Of a DNA stretch of 64,000 nt, positions 43,285-55,765 are shown one piece after another (the stretch's first letter is position 1; each line of letters starts with the position of its first letter). Location: the NCBI RefSeq assembly GCF_001194135.2, contig NC_068983.1, positions 80,637,992-80,701,991 on the forward strand. Reading direction: 5' to 3'. Origin of the DNA: Octopus bimaculoides. Taxonomy: Eukaryota. The notes under the pieces were generated by a model, which did no database searches, was not told the origin of the DNA, and saw nothing but the letters and a program-made list of their open reading frames with translations. A program made the translations under genes and the position numbers.

Positions 43285-46083
43285 GTTTAAATGAATATAT
43301 TTTTTTTTTACTCTAGGACAGACTTCCCTAAGCAGACTTATGATCAAAGGCTCTCCAGTAGTGACCACTCCATAGTTTTTATACAGTCATACAAACATTA
43401 TCTAATATACCCTTTTTTTTTATTTTTGAGACAAGATGGCGTGACTTAAGGGAGTTTTGGTTGCTATATCTACCAAATCAGATGACCACATAAAGACTCC
43501 TTTGTTCCATCAAATCCATTTTGTTTAACACCACCCACCTGAAAAGTATTTGTATTTTTAAGTTTTTATGTTTTTTTATCTTTTAAATATTTACTATTTA
43601 AACTAAATAATGCTTTTTCGGTTACTTTTGAAATATATGCACATAATATTCAACCCTTCTGACAAATGATGCATACTTAGGCATTCATATATGCATAAAC
43701 ATGCAAGTATGCATACTCTATTGCATACATGCTAGCAATTATTATTCTACTTTGATCTCTGAATAAAAATTGAAATAAGTGTATCATCAGTCTTCAAACT
43801 ATAATGGAATATAATGCTTCTTTTGCCTTTTAGACTAGTCTGTTTTTAACAACATTATAATGGTGCTAGGAGCTTCACTGACTCTCCATGCTGTACAAAC
43901 ATAAGCATCAACAGCACCATTATATAATTTGCTTACCATTTCTCTGTATATCATTATACATGTTATTAGTTACATGTAAAGATGGTACTATAAAATGGCT
44001 ATCTATCACACACACACATATATTATTTTCATTTGCACTATAGTACAAATTATATATGAGTTTATACACACACAGACAGACAGACATACACACACACACA
44101 GGTATATATATGTATATATGTATGTATATGAGTGTAAGTGTTTATGTGTTTGTTTTTGTATCCTTAAACAAACGAAAATTATGTGTATTTATACACTCAC
44201 ACATACACACACATTTATATATACACACATTCATATTTAACATGGAATATTCGTAAATATGTAAACATTCATATATTAAGTCTTACTTTTTTTTATTTTA
44301 ATATCAACTTTTTATGTAACATCATTACACAATATCATAATAAAATACAAACTATTCAAATAAACACACATATTTGTACATATATGTTTGTCTGTGTATG
44401 CAAGCATGTGTGCGTGTAGGTGCATGTACTTATGTGAGTATGTGCGTGTGGGCATATGCGTGTTTGTATATATATATATATAAATGGGGAAGAATATTTC
44501 TGTTTTTTTACATTTAGCTCATGAATTCCCTCCCATATTAGTGTTGATATTTTGGTCCCTGCTGTCATTGTGACAGGAAGATGTGTTAGGATAGGAAGAG
44601 GCACTTAGAATTGCTGGGAGGAGGAAAACAGCTGGGAGGGACTGAGACAGCTGCTTCTACAACAACAGTAGCAGCAACAACACACTGTTTTTCATTTCAT
44701 TTCTTTTTTTTTTTCTACCACCTACTTTTGTCCTATGCTTTCAACCTTGCTGTCTCTCCCAATTACTGTTTCCTATAAAAAGTCGGTATGATGCTGAGTT
44801 CTTAGGAATCATCTGTGCTACTTGGATCGCTGACAGCGAAACAGAAAAGATGAATCTAAGTGGTGATATTGATCTCACTTTGAAATTGTTTAAGGCTTCT
44901 GGTAGAAGAGGAAGGAAGAAGACAACGAAACATTTTATTATGTCAAATTCCTGTCATTTCTTTATAGATTTTTGTTTCTCCCAGTTTTTCCAATTAATAA
45001 ATAATTCGATAGAAGATATNNNNNNNNNNNNNNNNNNNNNNNNNNNNNNNNNNNNNNNNNAATTAAAATAAAAAGCAACGTTTAAAGTGTTCTTACCCTC
45101 AAGGCATACTAAAGGTGTTCAGCTTAATACATATCAATGAATGACTAGATTGATAAAATTGATGAATAAATATCATTGATAAAGCGGAAATGTAACTGTT
45201 TTTATTAATGAAAAAGAAGTAATAAATAATCTAGTAACTGGGCGAAGAATTTTGAGTGGAGATTAAACAATAAATGGTACTTATAATTAATTAGAATAAA
45301 CAAACATAGTTGTATTTGAAGGTATTTATATAAATTCTTGGAACGTTTTCATTGATTGTATTTCAGTCAATTGTTCTGATCAACACACATTTGTTTTTAT
45401 ATTATTTTTTAAAAATGTATTTTCTTTTCTTTTTTTGTGGAGGTCTTTTTCCATTATTTTTTCTTTAGAAGATGAGGGGAAATGGGGTTTGATATTGTTT
45501 TTGTGTGTTTTTAATGTTTTATCAACAGTATTATTGAAGAAGGCAAAGGTGAGAGGAAGATGTAAATGTTTTATCATATCTGGTTCAGTTATCTCATGAT
45601 ACTTAGACCAAATCTTGTCAGAGTCAACCTTGATCTTCATAACCTCAGTGATTGTTAACATAAATTCTGAATAAGATAACAAGATAAATTTAGTCAAGTT
45701 TTATACTTCGCTGAAAGCTATTACTGGATGTGCAAGCATATACTGAAGTGATAACAACCAAGATTCCTCAATGGTAAGCAGGTAAGATCAATGTAGAGCA
45801 TGTTCTTTCTTACAACTCATCTCCTTAATGATGCAGAGTTGTAGGTCAAGTAAAAACCAAAATTAGGTGCATGGCATACATTAATGTAAGGTGTTTCCAA
45901 TTCTCTCCCAGTCCGCTAGTCCAGTTGGTAGAACATCCACACTAGCATTCTATAAAGAAATATTGGTATGTAAGGGTGATGATGTTCTTAGAAAACCTAG
46001 GGACTATGAAAACTTTTAGAAATCCATGATTTGACAGTGTTACTGGTGATGGATGTAGCATTACCATTCAGACTATTTAGTAT

Positions 46084-46456
46084 CGGCACTTCGTCGCTTA
46101 CGACGTCGAGGGTTCCAGTTGATCCGATCAACGGAATAGCCTGCTCGTGAAATTGACGTGCAAGTGGCTGAGCACTCCACAGACACGTGTACCCTTAACG
46201 TAGTTCTCGGGGAGATTCAGCGTGATGCAGTGGGACAAAGCTGACCCTTTGAATTACAGGTACAACAGAAACAGGAAGTAAGAGAAAGTTGTGGTGAAAG
46301 AGTACAGCAGGGTTTGCCACCATCCCCTGCCGGAGCCTCGTGGAACTTCAGGTGCTTTCACTCAATAAACACTGACAATGCCCGGTCTGGGAATCGAAAC
46401 CGCGATCCTATGACCGCGAGTCCACTGCCCTAACCACTGGGCCATTGCGCCTCCAC
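46084..46456 (-). mobile_element. tRNA-headed SINE, family D, CpG-rich young-looking copy
   Basis: Minus head ggaggcgcaatggcccagtggttagggcag...ggtttcgattccc (A and B boxes); not a complete tRNA cloverleaf. Confidence 0.88.
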
Positions 46457-47014
46457 ACCATTTAGAGTAAGCTGTACAAATACAGAAGTGTTCTTTATGA
46501 AGTGAAAGGGAAAAGATGAAACAACAAAATTCTTGAAAGATGGGGATTCAATATAAAACCATGAAAATGAGTTACATATCGGTGTTTCCATGGCATTTCC
46601 AGGAAAGTTAGAATGATACTAAACTGATGTAGATGATGAATATCAACAATTCTGGTACCATTTCTAGGGTGCCATCTGTGTTGTGATGGACTTTCCAGAG
46701 AAGTTAGAATGATACAAAAAATTTAAGTTCAGAATATAAGCAATAGGTGAATCATAGATCATTAGTAAACATACAATTAAGACATTATAACAAACTTAAA
46801 AATACATATTCCTAAGATATTTTTAACATCAAATGTCTCAAAACATGTTTACCTGAGCATTTAGATACACTTGTAGACAATTTGAGAATTGGCTAACTGG
46901 TATGAGCATGAAATGCCTAAACCCAATCCAACCAGTAATCTTTCATGGTTTATTTCCTTTTTAATTATATCTTGTAATTATTGTGAGCTTTATTATTTAT
47001 TTCCATGCAAATAT

Positions 47015-47228
47015 TCTTTTATTTGTTTCAGACTGTAGCCATGCTGATGCACCACCTTGAAGGGTTTAGTCTAACAGATTGACCCTAGTACTTATCTTTG
47101 TTTTAGCCTGGTACTTCTTCTATTAGTCTCTTTTTGCTGAAACATAAGTTACAGGAACATAAACAAACCAACACTGGTTATCAAGTGATCATTGAGGACA
47201 AACACAAGCACAAAGATACACACATAAA

Positions 47229-47271
<43 letters not shown>

Positions 47272-47405
47272 CAGGCTTCTTTCAGTTTCCATCTACCACA
47301 TCCACTCACATGTCCTGATTGGTCTGGGGCTATAGCAAAAGATAGTTGCCCAAAGTGCCATGCAATAGGACTGAACCTGGGTTGGGAAGCAAGCTTCTTA
47401 CCACA
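47015..47405 (-). mobile_element. SINE family B
   Basis: Reverse-complement similarity to 28793-29200. Confidence 0.85.
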
Positions 47406-47579
47406 CAATCACATCCAATTATATATTGTAGAGTGTCTCACACCACTCACTTTTCAACTTTGTAAACTTGTCTTTCATTTTCTACATTTTTGTAATTTCC
47501 TTATGAAAGTTTTGTATTTTCTGTATCTCTTTGAGCCCTTGTAGTAAATAAAGAAAATATTATTGTTATTGTGTTGTTG

Positions 47580-49270
47580 TTGATATTATTATTATTATTT
47601 TATGTTTGACTTTGCATTTGTACAAGTTGGCTCCAAGCCTCACCCAGAGACCTCAAGAGCCAACAAGTTAGAAGTTCATGTTGGTGTTATGCCTAGGGTG
47701 CTATATATTTGGTTTTGTACACAGTGTTGTTCTAGAGAATGTTTAAGGAACTATAAGAAAATTGTATTTGCTTTAAAATTCAAGATTACATAGACAATAT
47801 TTTACGTAGGATATGGGCAGTTTCCATGCGCACTATCTTTTGAATTTCTGCCATTTTGGGATGTCCTGGTATCTAAGCTATCATTCCTATGACAACAGGT
47901 ATTGTTTTAGTCTTCAGGTTCCACATTTTGCTAATTTCTTTTTCAAGATCTTTATACTTGCTCAGTTTTTGGTAGGTCTTGACAGATATGTTTATATTGA
48001 TTGGGACAGTCATATCAATGAGGAGGCATGATTTTTGTCTGAAGTCTTTCAATATGATGTCTGGCCTATTTGCATCTTTCTTTCTGTCAGCTTGAATGGT
48101 GAAGTTCCAGAGGAGTGAAATGTGATCATTTTCAAGCACTGGAAGTGGTTTGTGTTCCCACCAGTTTTTATCATGGAACAAGTCCAGGTTTTTGCAAATT
48201 ACCCAGTGACTATATTGTGAAGCTTTATCATGCCTATTGAGATACTCTGTAGGCACAAGAAGACTGCACATGGAAAAACATGATCAATGGTCTCATTTTG
48301 TTGTTGACATACATGACATATTGGGGAGCTGCCATTCTTTAATATGTTGGTCTGGTAGTTCCTTATAGGTAGGCATTGATCTTGGGCTGCTATGATAAAC
48401 CCTTCTGTTTCTGATTTTAAACCAGAAGCCATTAGCCATTGATAGGTAAGGGCTTTGTCAACATCGGCATTATTCGCTCTCTTTGGGTATTTACCATTGA
48501 CAGGTTTTGTTTTGTCATTTATCAGTCAGAATATCTAAGGCAGCTGTTTTAGCATGAGTTTTCATATGCTTAGCTTTTTCTGCCCTTGTTTCTAGTACGT
48601 CTAATTCTGGAATTTGTTGTATTCAGAATTCACTTAGATATTCCTTTGCCTGTTTTGTTACTGAGTAAGATGCTTTCTTGCTTTCATGTTTTGAGACAAG
48701 TTTTAGCATCCAGTCCTCAGAGTTTTTCCGATAGGTGTCTAGGCCAATTGTGGCAATCTTCATTGTTAATGCCAGTTGTAAAAGTCCACGGCCTCCCTCT
48801 TTTCTTGGAAGATAAAGTTGATCTATATCTGACAATAGGGTGGTACATTCTATGCATTGTCAACAATTTTTGTATTTTTCTGTCAAGATTACATATTTCA
48901 GTAATTGACCAGTTAATGATATTGAAACTGTAAATCACAACTGGTATGGCTAAAGCATTGATTGCTTCGATCCTGTTTCTTGCATTCAGCTCTGTCTTCA
49001 GTATTGCTCTCACCCTACGATAACATTCTCTTCTGATCCTTTCCCTCATCACTGAATGCTTGATATTGTCCCCTTCAATTACCCCTAGGTATTTGTATCT
49101 CTCTGCTGGTTTTAACTCTTTTATGACATTTTGCTGGTCAAGTAGATGTTTTTGTCATTTTTCCTTTGATAAAGGTAGCTTTTGCACATTTATCAAGGCC
49201 AAATTGCATCCTGATGTCATCACTGAATTGTTTAACAACCACTAGTAAGCCCTTGAGTTGTTGGTCATTT
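47580..49270 (-). mobile_element. 5'-truncated R4/Dong-clade non-LTR retrotransposon (RT end, CCHC finger, RLE nuclease), frameshifted
   Basis: YRRVRAILKTELNARNRIEAIN; QLYLPRKEGGRGL; KSETEGFIIAAQDQ..CHVCQQQNETIDHV; NRHD; RPDIILKD..LLIDMTVP..KLSKYKDL; ends in a (TAA)n-like tract. Confidence 0.92.
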
Positions 49271-49342
49271 TTTACAAATATCCTCCTTCTCCTCCTTCTC
49301 CTCTTCCTTCTCCTCCTCCTCCTCCTCTTCCTTCTTCTTCTT

Positions 49343-49555
49343 AGGGTGATGAGCTGGTTAAATTGTTAGCACACCAGGCAAACTACTTAGTAGCATTTTG
49401 TCTGTCTTTGCATTCTGAGTTCAAATGCTGCCAAGGTTGACTTTGCCTTTCATCCTTTCGGAGTCGATAAACTAAGTACCATTTGCGTGCTGGGGTCAAT
49501 ATAATCAATTTACTTCCTTCCTGAAATTGCTCACCTTGTGCCAAAAATTGGAAAT
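49343..49555 (+). mobile_element. SINE family A
   Basis: ggtgatgagctgg..ctgagttcaaatg..ccttgtgccaaaaattggaaa. Confidence 0.85.
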
Positions 49556-49671
49556 GTTTATTATTATTGTGTTGTTATTATATTATTAGGGAGCATTTCA
49601 GTACTATAGAAAATGACATTATTTACATTATTTACATTTGATGGATATTTGTCCTCATCTTGTTTGTTGTT

Positions 49672-49714
49672 AACACGTTTCGGCTGATATACTCTCCAGC
49701 CTTCATCAGGTGTC
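49672..49714 (-). ncRNA. Hammerhead-ribozyme-like core (arm 1)
   Basis: gacac-CUGAUGA-A-GGCUG(gagaguauau)CAGCC-GAAAC-GUGUU; cleavage-site region is atypical. Confidence 0.55.
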
Positions 49715-50291
49715 TTGGGGAAATTTAGAACCTGGGTTCTCATTCCTAAGGTATTTTTCGATGTTGTTATTATTAGTATTATTATTATTATTATTCAGGT
49801 CACTGCCTGGAATTGAACTAGGAATATTGGGGTTAGTAGCCCGCACTCTTAGCGACTATGCCATATGCCCGTGGACAATTATGGAGTGAATTTTAGGGCT
49901 TATAAATCTAATATTCTTCTATCCTTCCTTAATACCAGTTCCCATATGCTGTTCATATCTGCACTCAGTCTACTTAGGAGGTTGTTGTGTATTCTCTTCT
50001 ATTGGTTGTTTTNNNNNNNNNNNNNNNNNNNNNNNNNNNNNNNNNNNNNNNNNNNNNNNNNNNNNNNNNNNNNNNNNNNNNNNNNNNNNNNNNNNNNNNN
50101 NNNNNNNNNNATAACAGACAGAGAACACCACTGGAAAATACGAAAACTAAAAGAAGCAGCACATATGCTAGGACATAACAACCTCCTAAGCAGACCAAGT
50201 GTAGATATGAACAGCATATGGGAACCAGTATTAAGGAAGGATAGGAGAATATTAGATTTATAAGCCCTAAAATTCACTCCATAATTGCCCG

Positions 50292-50365
50292 TGGGCATAT
50301 GGCATAGTGGTTAAGAGCACGGGCTACTAACCCCAAAATTCTGAGTTCGATTCCAGGCAGTGACC
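50292..50365 (+). promoter_or_regulatory. tRNA-like segment with Pol III A and B boxes inside the PLE arm (mirror at 49798-49870, minus)
   Basis: TGGCATAGTGG (A box) and GAGTTCGATTCC (B box), followed by (TAA)n. Confidence 0.65.
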
Positions 50366-50439
50366 TGAATGATAATAATAATAATAATGATATCAAAAAA
50401 TACCTTAGGAATGAGAACCCAGGTTCAAAATTTCCCCAG

Positions 50440-50482
50440 GATACCTGAAGAAGGCTGGAGGATATATCACCCGAAACATGTT
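50440..50482 (+). ncRNA. Hammerhead-ribozyme-like core (arm 2, more decayed)
   Basis: gauac-CUGAAGA-A-GGCUG(gaggauauau)CACCC-GAAAC-AUGUU. Confidence 0.45.
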
Positions 50483-51019
50483 AACAACAAACAAGATGAG
50501 GACAAATATCTGTCAAATGTAAATGATGTAAATAATGTACATAATTCTTCAAATATAGGACTATAGAAAATGACATTTGCTCAAGTTGTCATGCAGCAGG
50601 ATTGAACCAAAGGCCTGATAGTTGTAAAGTGAATGTCTTAACCATTCAGCCATATTATAATAACTTGTAAGTGGTCATATTAGTAAAGAGAGTACTCAAC
50701 ACATTGTGTAGAATAAATATATTTATTATAATTTAGCTGATAAATATTACTACTTTTGTTGACTTGAAATTTCATATTAAATATAGTATTTTTCAGATGG
50801 ATGTGATGGAAGAGTTAACTTTCATTCAATTTACATCTGTCTGAAAAATACTCTAATTGATACTGAATTTAAAGTCATGGAAAAGTATTAATGTTTATTT
50901 ACAGTATTATCATATATATGTATACATATGTATGTATATGTGCAGATGCACATGTATGTATGTATGTATGAGTATATGTATGCATGCATATTAATACCTT
51001 GTCGTAGTGAATAAGACCT

Positions 51020-51270
51020 GCCTGTCACTGCAGAATTGATACTGGTGTTGGTGCCACATAAAAAGCACCCAGTACACTCTGTGGAGTGGTTGGCATGAGG
51101 AAGGGCATCCAGCCATAGAAATCATGCCAGAACAGACAATGGAGCCTGGTACAACCCTCCCACCCCCGTCTTACCAGCTCTGATCAAACTGTCAAATTCA
51201 TGCCAACCTGGAAAACAGACATTACATGATGATGATGATGATGATGAGGATGATGATGATGATGATGATA
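51020..51270 (+). mobile_element. Family C RTE-tail element
   Basis: ggtgccacataaaaagcaccc..gaagggcatccagcc..(GAT)n. Confidence 0.8.
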
Positions 51271-51569
51271 TCCAAAAATTGAACAGAACAGTGCAATTTG
51301 AATTTAAATTGCATAATGCATAACTAGTATTTAGAAATTCATGTGCATTCTTATACTTCAAAAGAGAAAACAGTGAGAACTCATATTATGATCCAAGTTA
51401 CCTTTCACTGGTTTCCATTGATAAGAAGTGAACTTATAGAAAAAAAAACAAAATAAGAGTGTGTGCTCATAAATTATCTAGTCATGTCATCTTACACATA
51501 TTTCATCAATAATATCTGTTATATAATGAAAACATTATAAGAAGATTATATCATCAAATCATCAAAGAA

Positions 51570-52950
51570 AAAGAGATTAACCTTGGGGAAAATGAGACAC
51601 ATAATCACACTTTTCCATAAGCTTGGAGTTGATCCACATAGAGAGAAAATAGTGAAAAGTTTGAAGAGGATAAGAGGTAAATCTTGATTACACTTTCTGA
51701 AAATAATAGAAGAGACTTACATCAGGAATAGTTGCCATAGTGAGTTGCAGTAATCAGACAAGTTTTCACACTTGATGATTGTATATAGTGGGAAGTCAGA
51801 TAAAATAAAAGAGAATTTAGGAGGAGTTTTGTACGTATAAAGTTGGAAGCAACTGTAGTGGTTTTATCAGTAGGAATGCTACATACTCCACCATATCAAA
51901 TCAGTGGCACATATGATAATTCTGCAGAGTTAGTAGAGACCTTCATTTTCCCAAAGATCAGATGGCCAGACAGTAATCTGTGAGGCAAGCAAGTTATAAG
52001 AATGTGCAATGCACAAAGGCCTCCTTTGCCAACTGTTTACTTATCAGAAGTAGTATGTAAACATCTCTGTTTGTGACGGTCAGTTACTTCCAGTTATAAG
52101 CAATAGTTTTTAGTTTTGCAACTGTATGGTTGTAAATGACCCATTTGAGTGATCTGATAGCTGTGGGCTTATACTAAATGAGAAATATAGTGGGGGCCAT
52201 CTAGCAGGGTGGTGTCCCAACATGGCCACAGGCTTTTGGCTGGAACACACACACAAAAAAAAAAGAATAACAACTTAGTTGTCTTGTATGGTTCAGAAGT
52301 GACGTATATTTGCTTCTAAGAATAGCCAGCTTAGAACTAAGCATTTACCTGGCTCAAGCTGTCACAGGATTTGATTGTTGTGTGTAGTTGTACAGCAGAA
52401 AGATATGAAGTGTACCTGTGATTGAGCTATCTGATAAACTAATGGAGAAAAGTTAGGGTTTGAAGATGAGAAAAAAGGTAATGAATATTTGAAAAGTCAA
52501 TTTGTTGGTGAAGAATGTGGAACAAGCAGTTTATAATAGTGACAGTGCAATGTCTCTGCCATTGGTGTCTCAAATGGAGCTGACTGAGAGTGAATAGAAG
52601 CTGTATGCACTGAAGCTACAATGATGATGACTTCAGAAAGTGGTGGGTTGAGGTAAAGGCCCTTAATGTAGCATAAAGTAGGCAAACAATTTATGATGCT
52701 TGAAGGAGTTAGGAGAGCATTGAAGATAGGAAATGTATTTAGAGTCATGAAGAAAAAAAACACCCTGTGATAGAAAAACAAGAAAGAATCCAGTGTTAAA
52801 GAATCCAGTGAGATGGGTGAGAAGTGAATTCTATTTAAGTGCAAACATCAGCTTTCTCAAAGAAACTGGAATGTTGAGTATAACTTGGAAAGCAGACATG
52901 AGTTGGAGATGGAAGATGAAGCAGTTGTGTCTCAGTGAGTAATAAAATTT
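51570..52950 (-). pseudogene. Highly degenerate CR1/Jockey-group LINE (APE endonuclease and RT start)
   Basis: PLILFKLFTIFSLCGSTPSLWKSVIMCLIFPK near 51600-51700 resembles the RT domain-0 LxPILxKLF..PxxWKxA motif; PLSEVIII..VH near 52600 resembles APE IIxGDFNVH. Confidence 0.55.
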
Positions 52951-53527
52951 GAGATTTGCCTGTTATAAGAAGGTGGTGCCTCAGATTATTGTTTGTACAA
53001 AGTTCAAGAATGTGAGTGAACGGATTGATTATAATCTTTATAAATATTGTACAATTTTAACAATTTTTTTGCTTACTTCTTACGTTTGAAGAAACTTTGG
53101 AAAAAGAAAATAAACAAAAACATAAATCCTCTGATATTTTTAAATAAAATGTCATGTGTGAAGTATATTTATAAATCTGTTAATTAACTTATTTGTAAAT
53201 TGAAAGACAGCTTAACACTGAGCTATTAGAGTTGTGGTTTGATTCTGAGAATGAACAGGTAGTAAAATAACTGATGGAAGTCTTTTAGACTTATTACTGA
53301 GTTATTGTTGTTGCTCTTGTTATCATCATGATCATCATAATTTTCATCATTATTGCTGCTGTTGTTGTTGTTTCATACTTGATCCTTTCATATTCAAAAT
53401 TTGGCAAGATATGACAGATTTCAAAGTATAGATTTTCATAATTCTATCACATGAACAAATTCTGTCATTTATGAAACTTTAAAGAAAAAAAAGCGTCTTT
53501 TACTTTCTCTTCTTTTTGGCATTCCAT

Positions 53528-53530
53528 CAT

Positions 53531-53624
<94 letters not shown>

Positions 53625-53625
53625 G
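53528..53625. repeat. (TAC)n microsatellite
   Basis: Direct reading. Confidence 0.97.
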
Positions 53626-55550
53626 CTGCATTCCCATTAACTCCTATTATATAAATCAACACAGCCAAGGAAAATGACAGATATTAGCTGAAGATTAGTG
53701 TGGAGTAATGGATGAAAAGGCATTGAGGGCATATTTAGATTTAGACACCAACAATGGAACATACTTGTCAGAAATGATGATTGACTTGTTTTGTTTTTTT
53801 TAATTTTTTTTTTTTACTTGGAATAACAAGTAAACTAATAAAGATTGAAGATCAGAAATTAATATATAGGCTGTAACTTTAGTGAAGCCAAATGCCGTTT
53901 TGATTTTTAAAATCAAATAAATTTTAATAGAAAATAATTTCTTTATTTTAGTTGTTAAAATGGTCATCCTCAAAATAAATAAAAGTAGGATTTTTTTTTT
54001 ACATGTGTACTTTTTACATTTTTTTTTATTGCTTTTATATTCAAATAGCTTTGCATAGATATATGTGCATATGTGTTTTTATAGCTAGTATAATATGTAT
54101 ATGATTAAGTTTGAGTGTTCTTGTTGTAAAAGTGTTTACTTGTCTACAGATATTATGTAAATCAAAATGTTTTTGAATCAGATTTGATGTCTGAAATTCA
54201 CACAGTCTATTCACACAGTCAGTGTGTCTGTCTCTCTATTGTTAAGTAGTTTAAGTGAAGAAACTTCAAATTTATGAATGAAAGACAAAAAGTAAATAAA
54301 TAAAAAAGTAAAATAGAAAAAAAATAAAATAAATTCAGATAAAATAAAACTGAATATGCCCCAAAAGAATAATAAATAAATGCATGAATAGCAAAAACAT
54401 TTTGCCTTAGTTATTTGATCATTAAGACTTTTTTTTTTTTGCCAGTGCTTTTCCGTGCATATCATCCATTTTATTTTTATTTGTAGCAGCAGAGAGACAG
54501 TACTAATCTCATGGACTTGTATAAAACCTTTCCCCATTCAAAGAGTTAACTAATGCTAAATTTGTTAATATTATGCTTAGCAAGTTCAGTTAATGGTAAA
54601 TATGAATTTTTATAGGTTAATATTTAGTGGCAGCACTAGAAATTTTAGGAGAGAATAGCCTTAAGGAAGATAGATCACATTGAATTATTTAATTCAAACC
54701 TCTGATTGAATAAGTAAGGTTAGCAGAAAGAAGACAAGTGTGAGGAATAAGAAAGGGATCTGTCATCTGCATCTCCATTACTGATAATGACTGAGGAATG
54801 GTAAATGGAAACTCAATGTAATAGTCTTTACCACTGTTGTAAAGAAGAAGCAAAACTCTAAAATATTACAATTCTGTTTCTTACCTGGAATAGTATTTTT
54901 TTTTTTGTACGTGTGTTTGTAACCCTGTAAATCTATTTCTTTTTATAGACTTCTATCTGATCAATTTATAAATCAATTTTTATACCAATTTCCTCTTGAA
55001 AGTCAGAAAAATCCAATTTTGATATGCTTCCTTGCAATTTTGAAGCATTTATTAATTTAATTTGAAATGGTCGTCAAATTTTTTTTATTAATACTGTGGA
55101 TTTACTTTTCCTGTGATTGGATTAAATTGCTTTTGATACACAAGTAAATAAATAATTTTATTGAATTATTAATGTCTGTATGAAAAGAGGTTTATATTGC
55201 TTATATTAGATACTTGATCATATATGACAAAAGTTACAGTTGGCCAAGTTAATAGACTACTAGGCTGCTAACTGAGGGAGTTAGTAGTTTTCATCTGTCA
55301 TAAGCAATAGTTACAATCAAGTCATTTAGCTCTCATTAGCTAAGTCTAAACTAAATAATGATAGATACCACAGAATAATGTAGCATCCCTGTTGCAAACA
55401 GTGATAGCATTAAAAAATTGAGAGATCTTTTGGCAGCATGCAGTGTTGAGTTCAATTCCTATTGCAGGCATAGTGGAAGTCACTCAGGTTGAGTTGTTCT
55501 AGATGCGTTTTAAGAACACAAAATTTTACTAGTTGATATGTCTTAGGCTT

Positions 55551-55765
55551 TAAGGCGATGAGCTGATGGAATCATTAACACATTGGACAAAATGCTTAGT
55601 GACAATTCATCTCTCTTTATGATCAGAACGCAAATTCCAGCAAGGCTACTTTGCCTTTTTATCCTTTTGAAGTTGATAAAATAAGTACCAGTTGAGTGCT
55701 ATGGTCGATGTAATCGACTTATCCCCCTCCCCCAAAATTGCTGGCCTTGTGCCAAAATTTGAATC
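55551..55765 (+). mobile_element. SINE family A
   Basis: aggcgatgagctgatggaatc..ggccttgtgccaaaatttgaatc. Confidence 0.85.

Larger units (their letters stand above)
49621..50559. mobile_element. Penelope-like element remnant in inverted two-arm arrangement with 18-bp flanking direct repeat
   Basis: ITDREHHWKIRKLKEAAHM..LSRPS is a GIY-YIG C-terminal-like segment (50111-50263); arms about 49621-49992 and about 50178-50540 are reverse complements; actatagaaaatgacatt at 49603-49620 and 50560-50577. Confidence 0.8.

Noticed and set aside
45380-45965. 105-aa minus ORF (45380-45697) and a 54-nt plus exon candidate (45912-45965, SASPVGRTSTLAFYKEIL)
   Set aside because: No recognisable family; the overlapping minus strand shows a broken C-x-C-G-C motif suggestive of transposon decay; too ambiguous to call
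46383-46456. tRNA gene candidates here and at 50292-50365
   Set aside because: A/B boxes are present, but acceptor stems do not pair and the segments run into repeat bodies; these are SINE-type heads
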